Below, in pieces: positions 10,940-21,700 of a stretch of 64,000 bases of DNA. Position numbers and translations under genes: made by a program. Where the stretch lies: NCBI GenBank assembly GCA_963817895.1, contig CAWFQB010000007.1:128001-192000 (forward strand), given 5' to 3'. Below the pieces are notes generated by a model. That model ran no database searches. It saw only the letters and a list, made by a program, of their open reading frames with translations, and was not told the DNA's origin. Position 1 is the first letter of the stretch. Each line of letters opens with the position of its first letter. This DNA comes from an uncultured Chthonomonadaceae bacterium (GTDB lineage: Bacteria; Armatimonadota; Chthonomonadetes; Chthonomonadales; Chthonomonadaceae).

Positions 10940-11549
10940 CCATCGGTGGCAGAAAACAGCCGATAGCGCGCCCAGAAGCGGGCGGAACAGGTTTGCCCTG
11001 CGCGATGGCGTCCAGAGCGGCGCGTAAATCGCGCGTGGTCGGTTGGGAACGGGCTTTGCCGAAATCCACATAACGGTCGTCAATGCGGCCCCGGTACAGC
11101 ACTTTGCCGTTCGCGCCCACAATCGCGGCTTCGGGCGTTACGGTTGCGCCTGTGAACTTTGCCAGAATCTGGGTTCGGTCTAGCAGAGCAGGAAATGTGT
11201 AGCCGTAATTGCGCGCATGTTGTTTCGCCGCTTTCGGAGTGAGGGACGGGTCTACATACACGAGATAAAAGTCGAATTTCGCCCCGGCATACGCTTTCTG
11301 GATACGCTGGATTTCCGGCGCGTAGCTGTTGGCGATGGGGCAGTCGTTGGTGACAAAAAGCAGCACGGCGGCGCGATTGGCGGCAGTCCCTAAGGGCGTC
11401 CGGTCATGCCCCTCCACATCTCGCACATGAATGGCAGTCGCAATAACAGGGCGGGAATGAGGCGTGTTGCTTTTGCTCCCCTCGCCCACACATGGCGAGA
11501 TAAGGCTGCAAGCCAGAACTACAGAAAAACCGGCAATCATTGTTCTCAT
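10929..11549 (-). CDS. Redoxin (AhpC/TSA-like) protein
   Basis: DCPIANSY, ATVTPEA, YRGRIDD, AIGC. Confidence 0.85.
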   Translation of the reverse strand: MRTMIAGFSVVLACSLISPCVGEGSKSNTPHSRPVIATAIHVRDVEGHDRTPLGTAANRAAVLLFVTNDCPIANSYAPEIQRIQKAYAGAKFDFYLVYVDPSLTPKAAKQHARNYGYTFPALLDRTQILAKFTGATVTPEAAIVGANGKVLYRGRIDDRYVDFGKARSQPTTRDLRAALDAIAQGKPVPPASGRAIGCFLPPMGKG

Positions 11550-11683
11550 ACTGTGTCCCCGCGCGTTTACTGTTTCTCCCTACCTCTAAATAATAGATTT
11601 TTTATTGTACCGTAAAACGCGCGCTTTCGCAGACACGAATTCAATCATGCGCCATTGGTACAGCAATTCTTTTCAAGAGCAAC

Positions 11684-11794
11684 CCCGTAGGGACACAACT
11701 TGTTGTGTCCGCGCTCGCTAATGGCAGGTTGCCCTCCCAATTGGCAGATTGCGGACATAAAAGGTTGCGGACACAACTTGTTGTGTCCCTACGG
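11684..11794. repeat. REPIN (inverted pair of GTAG-type REP palindromes)
   Basis: CCGTAGGGACACAACTTGTTGTGTCCGC ... GCGGACACAACTTGTTGTGTCCCTACGG. Confidence 0.85.
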
Positions 11795-11835
11795 AGATTT
11801 ATTTGAATGGTAGTGGGTTCAGGCGGGTACGGAAC

Positions 11836-12387
11836 CTACGCGAGATCGGCGAGGTCGTCATCGTCGTCATCGTCATCCGTTTTCTTGCTCCCGGTGGCGA
11901 CAGAGCCGTTACCCGGAGATGTAGCCGCCCCGGTTTTGGGGGAGGCGGGCGTGACGGGAGAGGCAGTACCCGGAGTCGCTGCCGTACCGCTTCCAGTTTT
12001 CGCCGCTTTGCGTTGCGCGATCAACTGCTTCAGTTGCTGTTTCTGCGCGGGCGTCAGGACGGCCACAATCTGCTTGCGGGTCTCTTTGCCCAGCGCCTTT
12101 TCCTGCGTCTTCTTATCGGCTGCGGACAGCGAGGCGTTCTGCTTGATGCTCATGCTCTGTTTTTTCGCGCCCTGCACAATAACGCCGATCTGTTTCTTCT
12201 GATCCGGCGTCAGGTTCAGCTGCGCCAGCATCTTCGCCATCGCGCCCTCGTGTTTCACGCCCGTTTGTTTGAGCGCGCCGCCTCGCAAGGCTCCGCGCTT
12301 GCCCTGCGCGTGCGTCGCGCCCGTACCTGCCAGAATCAAACCACAAACCACTGCCGCCATGCCGATGTTCGTCAATTTCATTGTCAT
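11836..12387 (-). CDS. Spy/CpxP-like periplasmic protein (LTxxQ motifs) with acidic tail
   Basis: Signal peptide; LNLTPDQK and VLTPAQK. Confidence 0.65.
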   Translation of the reverse strand: MTMKLTNIGMAAVVCGLILAGTGATHAQGKRGALRGGALKQTGVKHEGAMAKMLAQLNLTPDQKKQIGVIVQGAKKQSMSIKQNASLSAADKKTQEKALGKETRKQIVAVLTPAQKQQLKQLIAQRKAAKTGSGTAATPGTASPVTPASPKTGAATSPGNGSVATGSKKTDDDDDDDDLADLA

Positions 12388-12470
12388 TGCTCCTGCTCAA
12401 GTGGAAAGAAAATACGCTTAAAGCGTTGTCGGCTTTCAGACGCAGGCGCAGGATAATAGTTCACTTCGCG

Positions 12471-13643
12471 CTATTTATCTTGTTTGGGTGGGTCAGCCTG
12501 CTTTTTCTGGTCGTCCTTTTTCGTAGCATCCGGTTTAGGGTTGGCATTGTCGGCGGGCTTGCTTTTGTCTTCGGGGACTGTGGCGTCGCCGCCCTTGAGT
12601 TTGCCTGCCAGCCACTCTACAGCGCGGGCGCGGATGGCGTCCGGCACATCATGGCCGCCGTTGTACCAGACAATCTCTTTGGATTGCGGCGCGGCCACTT
12701 GCAGCAGTTTCGCGGCAGGCGGCACAACAACCACGTCCGTCAGGCCGTTGAACATAATGATGGGCCTGTTGCTGATATGCCCGATGTACAGGCTTGGACA
12801 CACCTGCAATTCGGCCTGCCGTATCTTATCGTCGGGCGTGGCGTGGGCTATAGGCAGAAACGGGTCGCCGCCCACGCACAGCGCGAACGCTCCGATGCGC
12901 TCATCTACCGCGCCCAGAATGGAACCTGTGATGGAACCTAAACTGTAACCAAGCAGGCCGATATGCTGCATATCCACATCGGTACGGGTGGCGAGATAGT
13001 CTAAGGCGCGACGATAATTGCGCCCGCCCTCATGCACGGCAACCGTAATCACCTGCTGATTCCAGTAACTCTTATTGGGTGATTGGCCCTGTCCGTGTTC
13101 GGGCGCGTCCAGCGCGAGAATGGCGATGCCTTTGGCGACAAGCGCGTTCCCGAACATCCTGATGGCGATCTCTTTGTTGTTGGTCAAGCCATGCGGCACA
13201 AGGGCGCAGGGGTACGTTCCATCGGCTTTGGGACGTATAAACGTGCCGGCGACCGGCTTTCCGCCCGGCCCCGTAAACGACAATTTGATGAGGATCGTGT
13301 CGCCCTTGTAAAACGTCTCTTCTTTCACATTCGGCGCACTTGCATCATAATCGTAGGCCGAGCGCAGTTTTTCCCATTCGGGGGTTGCCAGCATTTTACC
13401 GGCGGCGGCAGTGGTGACGCGGACCGCTCTGCCCGCTGTCGCCGTCACTTTGCGCGCGGTACGCCGGCCCGTATTCGTGGCTTTGGCGACGGCTTTGCTG
13501 ATGGTTTTGCTCGCCGTATTGGCGGCTTTCTTAGCCTGCGTCTGGACGGATTGCGCGTGTGACGTTGTAATGGTCAAAGCGGACAGGCAGGCGCAGAAAG
13601 TAACCAAACGAAAACTGGTATTGCGAGAGGATGAGGGTTTCAT
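12471..13643 (-). CDS. Secreted alpha/beta hydrolase (esterase)
   Basis: GYSLG nucleophile, D..V, GGH; signal peptide. Confidence 0.85.
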   Translation of the reverse strand: MKPSSSRNTSFRLVTFCACLSALTITTSHAQSVQTQAKKAANTASKTISKAVAKATNTGRRTARKVTATAGRAVRVTTAAAGKMLATPEWEKLRSAYDYDASAPNVKEETFYKGDTILIKLSFTGPGGKPVAGTFIRPKADGTYPCALVPHGLTNNKEIAIRMFGNALVAKGIAILALDAPEHGQGQSPNKSYWNQQVITVAVHEGGRNYRRALDYLATRTDVDMQHIGLLGYSLGSITGSILGAVDERIGAFALCVGGDPFLPIAHATPDDKIRQAELQVCPSLYIGHISNRPIIMFNGLTDVVVVPPAAKLLQVAAPQSKEIVWYNGGHDVPDAIRARAVEWLAGKLKGGDATVPEDKSKPADNANPKPDATKKDDQKKQADPPKQDK

Positions 13644-13756
13644 AGTTCTATATTCCATAAACATCGGCAGGACTTCTGCCGGGGAGTTCTTGCGGCGGTT
13701 TAGAACCAGACTTTTGCGCTCGCTCGTTTGTTCCTGAAAGTGGGAAGCATCAACAT

Positions 13757-13793
13757 ACAAACAGCCTTGCAATTAGATTGCAAGGCTGTTTGT
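13757..13793. terminator. Hairpin terminator downstream of rhlE
   Basis: ACAAACAGCCTTGCAAT-TAG-ATTGCAAGGCTGTTTGT. Confidence 0.7.
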
Positions 13794-13845
13794 ATGAGGG
13801 TACTCTTTTGCCTGAACCAGTTTAGACAAACCTATTTAGACAAAC

Positions 13846-15267
13846 CTACGCATTATCGTCATAGCGCGGGCGGGCCGGACGCTGGACATTGCGCGGGGTT
13901 TGCGGGCCTCCCATATAAGTACGGTTGGGTCGGTTTCCCGTCGCGCCGGAGCCATTCGGCCCGGAAGCAACGTCACGCGGAGCCTGGCGCGGAGCGGACG
14001 CGCCGTAAGCAGGCGCGGGGCGGTTGCTGGAACGGGGCGCAAAGGACGGATTTGATTGCGGACGGGAAGGCCGCGCGCCCTGTGGCTGCCGCATGGGGCG
14101 CTCTGCGGGTTCGTCGGCGCGAGCGGGAGCCGCCACAAAACCAACCGCGTCCCGACGCAAAATCCGCTTCTTCATCAGCCGTTCGATGCTTGCCAGATAC
14201 GCCTGCTCGTCCGAACTGACAAGCGAAATGGCGTTGCCGGTCACGCCCGCGCGTCCTGTACGCCCGATGCGATGGACATAATCTTCCGGCACATTCGGCA
14301 GTTCGTAGTTGATGACATACGGCAACTGATCAATGTCCAATCCGCGCGCCGCGATGTCGGTGGCTACCAGAATCCGCGTTTTGCCGTCCTTGAAGTCGGC
14401 AAGGGCGCGGGTTCGCTGCGGCTGGCTGCGGTTGCCGTGAATCGGAACGGCGGAAATGCCGTCGCGCTCCAACTGCTTCACAAGCCGATCCGCGCCGTGC
14501 TTGGTGCGCGTGAAGACGAGGGCTTGCTCGATCTTCTCTTCCACCAGCAGATGCACCAGCAGGTCGCGCTTGCTGTCCTTTGTAGCCGGGTAGTACGCCT
14601 GCGTGACAAGCGCGCTTTCCATGTTCTGACGCGCCACTTCTACCCGCGTCGGGGCATTGAGAAGGTCGTCGGCAAGCGTTTTGATTTCATCGGAAAACGT
14701 CGCGGAAAACAGCAGATTCTGACGGCGCGGCGGAAGCAAATCGAGAATTCTGCGTATATCGCGAATAAAGCCCATGTCCAGCATCCGGTCGGCCTCATCC
14801 AGAACCAGTATCTCGACATGGCGCAAATCCAGGGTGCGCTGCTGAATATGATCCAGCAAACGCCCCGGCGTGGCAACAAGAATATCCACGCCCCTTCTCA
14901 GGGCGGCGATTTGCGGGTTGATATTGACGCCGCCGAAAACAACAGTGGAAGTCAGCGGCATATATTTGCCATAAGTACGGACACTCTCTTCCACCTGCGC
15001 GGCGAGTTCGCGGGTGGGCGTCAAAATCAGGGCGCGAACCTTGCGTTGCCCGAAGGGCTTGGGCGCGGTCTGCGTCCGCAACCGCTGCAACAGCGGCAGG
15101 GTAAAGCCCGCTGTTTTGCCGGTTCCAGTTTGTGCCGCTGCCAGCACATCGCGGCCCTGCAAAATCACGGGAATGGCCTGCGCCTGAATGGGCGTGGGAA
15201 TCTCGTAGCCCTCTTCGGCAAGGGCGCGTAAAAGTTCGGGACAGAGTCCCAGTGTGGTGAACGACAT
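13846..15267 (-). CDS. rhlE: DEAD-box RNA helicase RhlE
   Basis: [31 protein letters not shown]. Confidence 0.9.
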   Translation of the reverse strand: MSFTTLGLCPELLRALAEEGYEIPTPIQAQAIPVILQGRDVLAAAQTGTGKTAGFTLPLLQRLRTQTAPKPFGQRKVRALILTPTRELAAQVEESVRTYGKYMPLTSTVVFGGVNINPQIAALRRGVDILVATPGRLLDHIQQRTLDLRHVEILVLDEADRMLDMGFIRDIRRILDLLPPRRQNLLFSATFSDEIKTLADDLLNAPTRVEVARQNMESALVTQAYYPATKDSKRDLLVHLLVEEKIEQALVFTRTKHGADRLVKQLERDGISAVPIHGNRSQPQRTRALADFKDGKTRILVATDIAARGLDIDQLPYVINYELPNVPEDYVHRIGRTGRAGVTGNAISLVSSDEQAYLASIERLMKKRILRRDAVGFVAAPARADEPAERPMRQPQGARPSRPQSNPSFAPRSSNRPAPAYGASAPRQAPRDVASGPNGSGATGNRPNRTYMGGPQTPRNVQRPARPRYDDNA

Positions 15268-15491
15268 GAAAATACAAACTCCTGAATATCGGCCTGTTTT
15301 CGCGTAGCGCGAAGAACCGGTTCAGGCAGATGAATGGGCGGGTGCAAACGTCGGGGTTAAATCTGTAAGATACCGCGAACAAGTGGCAAAGCCTACCGGA
15401 GGGCGAAACAACCACAATGCACATAATTATAAGAAACTTTTCCAATTTAGTGTACCACATTTGACGCGCGTATGCCGGGGAGTTATCTAGC

Positions 15492-16220
15492 ATGACAATA
15501 CATATCGGCACATCGGGGTGGAGCTATGACCACTGGCAGGGGATTTTGTATCCCGAAAAAACGCCGGTGGGCAAGCGGCTGCCCTACTATCTTGCCCAAT
15601 ACGATACGGTCGAGGTCAACAACACGTACTACCGCTGGCCTGCTGACAGCGTGTTTGCGGGCTGGCATGACAAATTGCCGCCGGGGTTCGTGATGAGCGT
15701 TAAAGCGGCGCGAGGTTTGTCGCACTACGCCCGCCTGAACAATCCGCAGGAGTGGATGGATCGGATCGCGCAGGGAATGTCCGGGCTGCGCGAGCATTTA
15801 GGCGTGTTTCTGGTGCAGTTGCCGCCGCAATTCGCCTGCCATTACGAGCGGTTGGAGGGGTTTCTGCGCGTGATTCCTCCCGGTTTGAAAGTGACGCTTG
15901 AATTTCGGCATCCGAGCTGGGACGTGGAGGAGATTTATGCGCTTCTGGAGCGGTACGGGGCGGCGTACTGCGTGATGAGCGGCGCGAACCTGCCCTGCGT
16001 CCTCCGCGCCACGGCCCCGTTTGTATATGTCCGCTTTCATGGCCCCGACACCAACTGGCTGTACGCCGGGTCGTATTCCGACGACGATCTGCGCTGGTGG
16101 GCCGACCGTTTCCGCGACTGGCAGGCGCAGGGCCGCGACATCTACGCCTACTTCAACAACGACGGCGGCGGCAACGCCCTGCGCAACGCCAACACGCTGA
16201 AACATCTGCTTTCAACGTGA
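15492..16220 (+). CDS. DUF72 family protein
   Basis: IGTSGWSY, VEVNNTYY, QLPP, EFRH, YVRFHG, YFNND. Confidence 0.92.
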   Translation: MTIHIGTSGWSYDHWQGILYPEKTPVGKRLPYYLAQYDTVEVNNTYYRWPADSVFAGWHDKLPPGFVMSVKAARGLSHYARLNNPQEWMDRIAQGMSGLREHLGVFLVQLPPQFACHYERLEGFLRVIPPGLKVTLEFRHPSWDVEEIYALLERYGAAYCVMSGANLPCVLRATAPFVYVRFHGPDTNWLYAGSYSDDDLRWWADRFRDWQAQGRDIYAYFNNDGGGNALRNANTLKHLLST

Positions 16221-16402
16221 TGCCCGTTCCTATGCCTTGCCACAATTTTCTCATTTCGGCTGTTTTCATAGCAGGCGCGGGTATGCCTGCCTCCCCTCTT
16301 CTAAACTGCTGTTGTCGTCGGATGCAATCTGTGACAATTTGCACACTCTAATTGTGTGAAATATCACATTCATCTTTTAACCTGGGGAGCTGTTACAGCA
16401 AC

Positions 16403-16882
16403 AAGCCACTTGAACGGGGGTACGTGTTCAAGTGGCTTAAAGGTGTTGCGTGATTTGAAATCTATTTCGGCGCGTGAGGTTAGCGCGTCGGACACACGGC
16501 GGCGCATTGACAAGACTTGACTGTGTTAGCGCGCTGTTTTGTAGCGCGGACATTGTGTACAGGGCGCGGAACAGGCTTTGATTTCTCAATTGCCTGTGGC
16601 GGGTTGTTGTACTTCACGCTTGTCTTGTGTCTGAACCTTGCCTCAATTGCTGCGATCCGGTGGCGTCATCGTGTCTCATCCTTCCAGGTAATGGGCCGTC
16701 CACAGCATCATGCGATGCCATCCTCTCGGTTTCGTGGTCCGTACCTCCCCTTGTTTGGATTTCGTAATCGGCGCGTTAAATCGCGAACCTTTCGGCTTGC
16801 CCTCGCGTCATGCCATACGCGGGTTTGTCGCGCCTGCCGGAAGAGTATGAAAGCCTTGCGACTTCAGCCTCTCCCTTATTAC
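16403..16882 (-). ncRNA. Candidate structured non-coding RNA or long leader
   Basis: Consensus promoter upstream, 5' hairpins with GCAA/GAAA loops, no minus-strand ORF of 60 aa or more, and a 13-bp stem hairpin at 16403-16438. Confidence 0.45.
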
Positions 16883-16888
16883 AATTCC

Positions 16889-16917
16889 ATGATACACCTC
16901 TATTTGCCGGATGTCAA
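16889..16917 (-). promoter_or_regulatory. Sigma-70 promoter
   Basis: TTGACA-N17-TATCAT on the minus strand. Confidence 0.75.
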
Positions 16918-17057
16918 GGGCATTTGCGACATTTTTCCAAAATATTTGCAACGTGTTGTGGAATATATGCAGCGTCCTTATCATTCTCTGGCATGCGCTT
17001 TCGCGGCAATAGCATCGCGCCTGCTTTATCGCGTTGTCAACTCTTTCCCAAATAGCC

Positions 17058-18704
17058 TTACTGAACCTGATAGATCGTCAACAAAGGGCCGGGCCTGCGA
17101 ACCGCGCTGACATTCGAGAACGGCAGAAACCAGGCGTCCTGAAACTCTACAATCAGGGGCGGGTGGGGAGAATCGTCCGCGAACGGCGTAAATACAGCCA
17201 TTCGGCGGCACTGTGGATCGGTTTGCAACTCTCGCAGCAGGGTCGGCGGCGTCACCATCGGCATTTGCGGCGCGTACTCGACCGTCATCACGTAGGCCGC
17301 GCCGTTGTGGCGTATCGTCTTCAAGTCCAACTGATTCAACGTTGTAACCTGAGCCGCTTGCAGCGGCAGACTATCCGGGTAGCCCAGGAACAGGCCGCAA
17401 ACGGCTGTCTGCTTCCCCGGCGGCGCGTTTTGCTTGAGCCAGCGCAGAGCGAGAACGCGGGTATCCTCCTGCGGCAGAACGCGCAGCAGTTCAAGGGAGT
17501 TTTTCAGGTTCCATCCCAAACAGAGCAGGGCCAGTCCCCCGGCCACAAGCATCGCGCCGTTTGCCTTCCATCGGCTCTCCACAGCGCGATAGACCGCGCT
17601 GACGCCAAAGGCCGACAGCAGGCATACGCCCGGCAGAATGGGGTTGAGGTGACGCGAAAAGATGCCGTGCTGTCCCCCCGCGAACAGATAGTACAGGCCG
17701 CATAAGCACAGGGCCAGTTGCAGCGGGCGGTGGCGCTGCCGAATGGCCGCAATGCCCCCGAGGAGGGCGGCGAGCATCACGGGCAGACCCATGCCATAAC
17801 GCAGGGAGAACTGAAAAAAGTAAATCCAGCCTATGGGAAGCAGGCCCGTATACGTCCGGTTCCAGACGCGTTGCGCGCCTAATACGTGCAGAAACGCCCA
17901 GGGACGGAAGGCAAATTCCGGCGTCAACACCACTATCGCGGCGACACACGCAAGAAGCAGCATACGCGCCATGCGCCCCCAACGCTGTTCCGGTGGGCAG
18001 TTCCAGAAGTGCGCCACCAGCATCAGCAAACCGCAGGCAAACACGTATTTGGACGCAATCGCCCAGCCCACGCAAATCCCGGCCAAAATTGCCGCAGAAG
18101 CGGCACGTTTCTGATGATACTCGATGCAGGCCAGCAGCGCCCATGTTGCCGATAGCGCGGCCATCTGATCCACGACCCCAAAATGGGCGTCGCGCACCGG
18201 TATGTAAGCGACTGCCCAAAGCGCTACAGCCAACAGCGCGGTACGCCGGCCCCGCGCCATCATTCCCAGCCGGAACAGCGGAAAGGCGACCAGAACGCCG
18301 CAGGCGGCGGAAAGCAGGCGTTCGCTGAGATGAACGGCAGGCTGTATCGCGTCGCCGGTGAGGAACCCGAAGTAGGTCAAACCGGGAAGCGCGGCTTTCG
18401 CGAGCAGATAGCGCGGAAACCAGTAAAGGCCGAGTATATGCGCGAAGTGGGTGGGATAATACAGGAAAAACGTAAAAGTCAGTCCGGCGCGGGGCGCGTA
18501 CCATAGGCTTGCCACTTGCGCCAGAACCGCCTCTTCATCCGGGCGCGTGTAGCAAGGCAGTCCGAAATCAAGGGCATAAAAACGCAGCCCCGCCGCCAGC
18601 AACAGCAGCAGCCAGAACGCCGCGCCATACGATACAATCCAGCGTTGGCTACTGTTTTTCCAATCCCTCAAGGAGTAATTCAAGCGCATAGCGTTGTTCC
18701 ACAA
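17058..18704 (-). CDS. GT-C membrane glycosyltransferase (ArnT/PMT-like)
   Basis: GLRFY..DFGLP...RPDE, multiple TM segments, ASKY. Confidence 0.85.
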   Translation of the reverse strand: MWNNAMRLNYSLRDWKNSSQRWIVSYGAAFWLLLLLAAGLRFYALDFGLPCYTRPDEEAVLAQVASLWYAPRAGLTFTFFLYYPTHFAHILGLYWFPRYLLAKAALPGLTYFGFLTGDAIQPAVHLSERLLSAACGVLVAFPLFRLGMMARGRRTALLAVALWAVAYIPVRDAHFGVVDQMAALSATWALLACIEYHQKRAASAAILAGICVGWAIASKYVFACGLLMLVAHFWNCPPEQRWGRMARMLLLACVAAIVVLTPEFAFRPWAFLHVLGAQRVWNRTYTGLLPIGWIYFFQFSLRYGMGLPVMLAALLGGIAAIRQRHRPLQLALCLCGLYYLFAGGQHGIFSRHLNPILPGVCLLSAFGVSAVYRAVESRWKANGAMLVAGGLALLCLGWNLKNSLELLRVLPQEDTRVLALRWLKQNAPPGKQTAVCGLFLGYPDSLPLQAAQVTTLNQLDLKTIRHNGAAYVMTVEYAPQMPMVTPPTLLRELQTDPQCRRMAVFTPFADDSPHPPLIVEFQDAWFLPFSNVSAVRRPGPLLTIYQVQ

Positions 18705-18736
18705 TCAAATTTAGTTGCAACAAACATAAACTTCGA

Positions 18737-21700
18737 TTAGTTTTTTGTAATGGTTTCGTCCAGATTGAGAACGGTGCTGGCGATTATGGCCCAGGCGGCG
18801 AGTTCGGGCGCGTTCAATTTATCATTGCGCTTTGCTTCGCCAATGGCAAGCAGTTGTTCCGCGCCTTTGGGATTGCCGCGATACACGGCAAGCTGATCGT
18901 TAAGCAGGCCGGTTAAAATTTTCTGCTCCCCAACTGTGGCGGAACGGGACACGCACAAATGGTACGCGAAATTGATGCGGTCATTGACACTGTTGCCGCC
19001 TTCGGTCAATATCCGCTCGGCCAGTTTGCGGCTGGCTTCCACATACGTCGGATCGTTCATCAGGACAAGCGCCTGTAGCGGCGTGTTCGTGACCGAACGG
19101 CGCACCATGCAGAACTCCCGTTCGGGCGCGTCGAAGGTTTGCAGCGAGGGCGGCGGAACCGTGCGCTTCCAGAAGGTGTACATGCTGCGGCGATATAAAT
19201 TCTCGCCGTGATCCTGCTCATAATACTGCGCGGAAAAACTACCCTTGAAAGAAATCTCTTCCCACAACCCGGCCGGCTGATACGGCTTCACGCTTGGCCC
19301 GCCGATTTTCGGCACAAGCAACCCCGCCACGTCCAGCGCCTGATCCCGAATGAACTCCGCCGGCAGCCGAAAACGCGGGCCACGCGCCAGTAATCGGTTT
19401 TCCGGGTCTTTCACCATCAATCGTGGCGTCACCCGCGAAGATTGCCGATACGCCGCCGAAGTAACGAGCAGGCGCAGCAGGGCCTTGACATCCCATGGAA
19501 GGGATGAGGGTTGAGGGTTGAGGGAGGCAAGTTCTTCTTTTCCCTTTTCCCTTTTTCCTTTTCCCTCCACGAAGTTGCAGGCAAGCCAATCCAGCAGTTC
19601 GGGATGGGAGGGGCGTTCGCCCTGTGTACCGAAATCTTCCGCCGTTTTCACCAGCCCGGTTCCGAACAGCATTTGCCAGTAGCGGTTCACGGCCACGCGG
19701 CTTGTCAGCGGTTGCGTGGGGCTGACGAGCCATTGCGCCAGTCCCAAACGGTTGGGCGCGTATTCGCCCTGCACGGGCAGGAATTCGGGTATACCGGGCA
19801 TCACTTTCTCGCCCTGTTTGTCATACTGGCCGCGCAGGAGAATAAAGGTATCGCGCGGCTTCGCCATTTCTGACATGACCATTGTGGTGGGAATGGCTTT
19901 GTCCAGATCGGCCTGCTTCTGCTTCCACGTATTGAGTTCCGCCGTAATCGTTTTGTTGGGCATGTCAATGTTGTCGAAGTAGTAGGCGGCGAGTTGAACT
20001 TTCTGCGCTTCTGAACGCTTATTTTCGGTTGTCGCCAGCAGTTGCTTGAGGTTATCCGAATTGGCAAGCGCGGCAACGTCATTCGCGCTGAGTTCGCGGT
20101 CGTAGGCGCGAACATCATCAATCAAGCCCTTGAACGGCGCTCCGGGCGTACGGCGCCCAATCGTGAACGGCGCGGTTGACGTTTGAATGGTATCGGTCAG
20201 TTTGTCGTGTGTAACATCTAAATCGGCGGGCTTGCCGTCTACGTAGATATGAACACCTTTCGCTTTGCTCGAACCGTCGTAGGTGACGAACAGGTGGTGC
20301 CACTTGCCCGCTTCCATGACCATTTTCGTGTTGACGCGAATGGCGTTGTCGTCCCACTTGTGGATGAGATGGACGAAAGCTCGCCCGCCCATCAAATACA
20401 GATCGTAGCCCCGGAAGCCATCTGTCTCGTTCATGCGCGATAACACGGTCATGCTGTCCATGCCGCTCGGATTGATCCACGCGCCATACGAAAATTTGTC
20501 GGTTCGCTCCCATCGCAGCGTTTTGTCACTCGCGTTTCCGATTTCGACATAATTGCCGCCGTCGAAACTGAGCGCGTTGCCGATTTTGCCCGGTTTCCAA
20601 ACCACATTCCCTCTGATGGTTCCACCCGGCTGTTTGCCCACTGTATCCTGAACCTGCGCGCCTGTGTTTTCATCCAGCGCGTAGTTGGCGACAAGCCCTT
20701 CCATCGCGACGGGCGTTTTATCCGCATTGGCGGACGCGGTTTTGATCCAGTCCGTCATGGCCTGCTTCGCTTCCGCCTGCCGATTCTTGCGCGCGTTTTC
20801 CAGTCCGGCGACTTTGCTGGCGTACTCGATGGTCTGCGCCTCCTGTTCGGGCGAGGGCGCTTTCAGGTACGGCATCGCGTTGCCGACTGTTCCGTCCAAC
20901 CCGGCTTCGGGAACGTTGTGGAACAGGGCATAGAAACGGTAATAGTCTTTTTGGGTAATCGGGTCGTACTTGTGGTCGTGGCACTGGGCGCAGCGAACGG
21001 TCAAGCCTAAGAACGCGGTTGCTGTCGTATCAATGCGGTCAAAAATGTAGGCGGCGGCGTACTCTTCGGGAATCGCGCCGCCCTCAAAATTGATGGGGTG
21101 GTTGCGATTGAAGCCGGACGCGATTTTCTGGTCAAGCGTGGCGTTGGGAAGCATGTCGCCCGCGAGTTGCTGAATGACGAACTGATCGTAGGGCAGGTTG
21201 GCATTGAAGGCGTTGATGACCCATTCGCGCCACCGCCACATATCGCGCTGGCTGTCAATGTGGTAGCCGTGCGTGTCGGCAAATCGGGCCAGATCGAGCC
21301 ACGCCAGCGCCATGCGCTCGCCATAATGCGGATTGGCAAGCAGGCGGTCTACGGTTTTCTCATAAGCGTCTTTGCTGTTGTCGGCAAGAAACGCGGACAC
21401 ATCGGCGGGCGTGGGCGGCAGTCCGGTCAAATCCAGCGTAACGCGGCGCAACAGGGTAATTTTGTCGGCTTCGGGCGAGGGCGTCAGTCCCTCTTTTTCC
21501 AGCCGTGACAGGATAAAGCGGTCAATGGGATTGCGTACCCATGCCGTATTCTTCACGGGCGGAAGGGCGGGAGAAACAGGCGGCACAAACGCCCAGTGTT
21601 TCGCATACTTTCCGCCCTGCGCGATCCAGCGTTTCAGGGTTGCCATTTGTGCGCCGGACAGTTTTTTGCCACTGGCGGGCGGCGGCATTTGTCCCGGCCC

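Noticed and set aside
14056..15231. 391-aa plus-strand ORF
   Set aside because: Antisense shadow of rhlE.
16770..16834. c-di-GMP-I riboswitch
   Set aside because: Only partial resemblance (CAAACC...GGG...AAGCC); the GNRA-capped P2 and receptor are not in the expected places.
16517..17110. 197-aa plus-strand ORF
   Set aside because: TTG start, atypical composition and no motif; the promoter signal is on the opposite strand.
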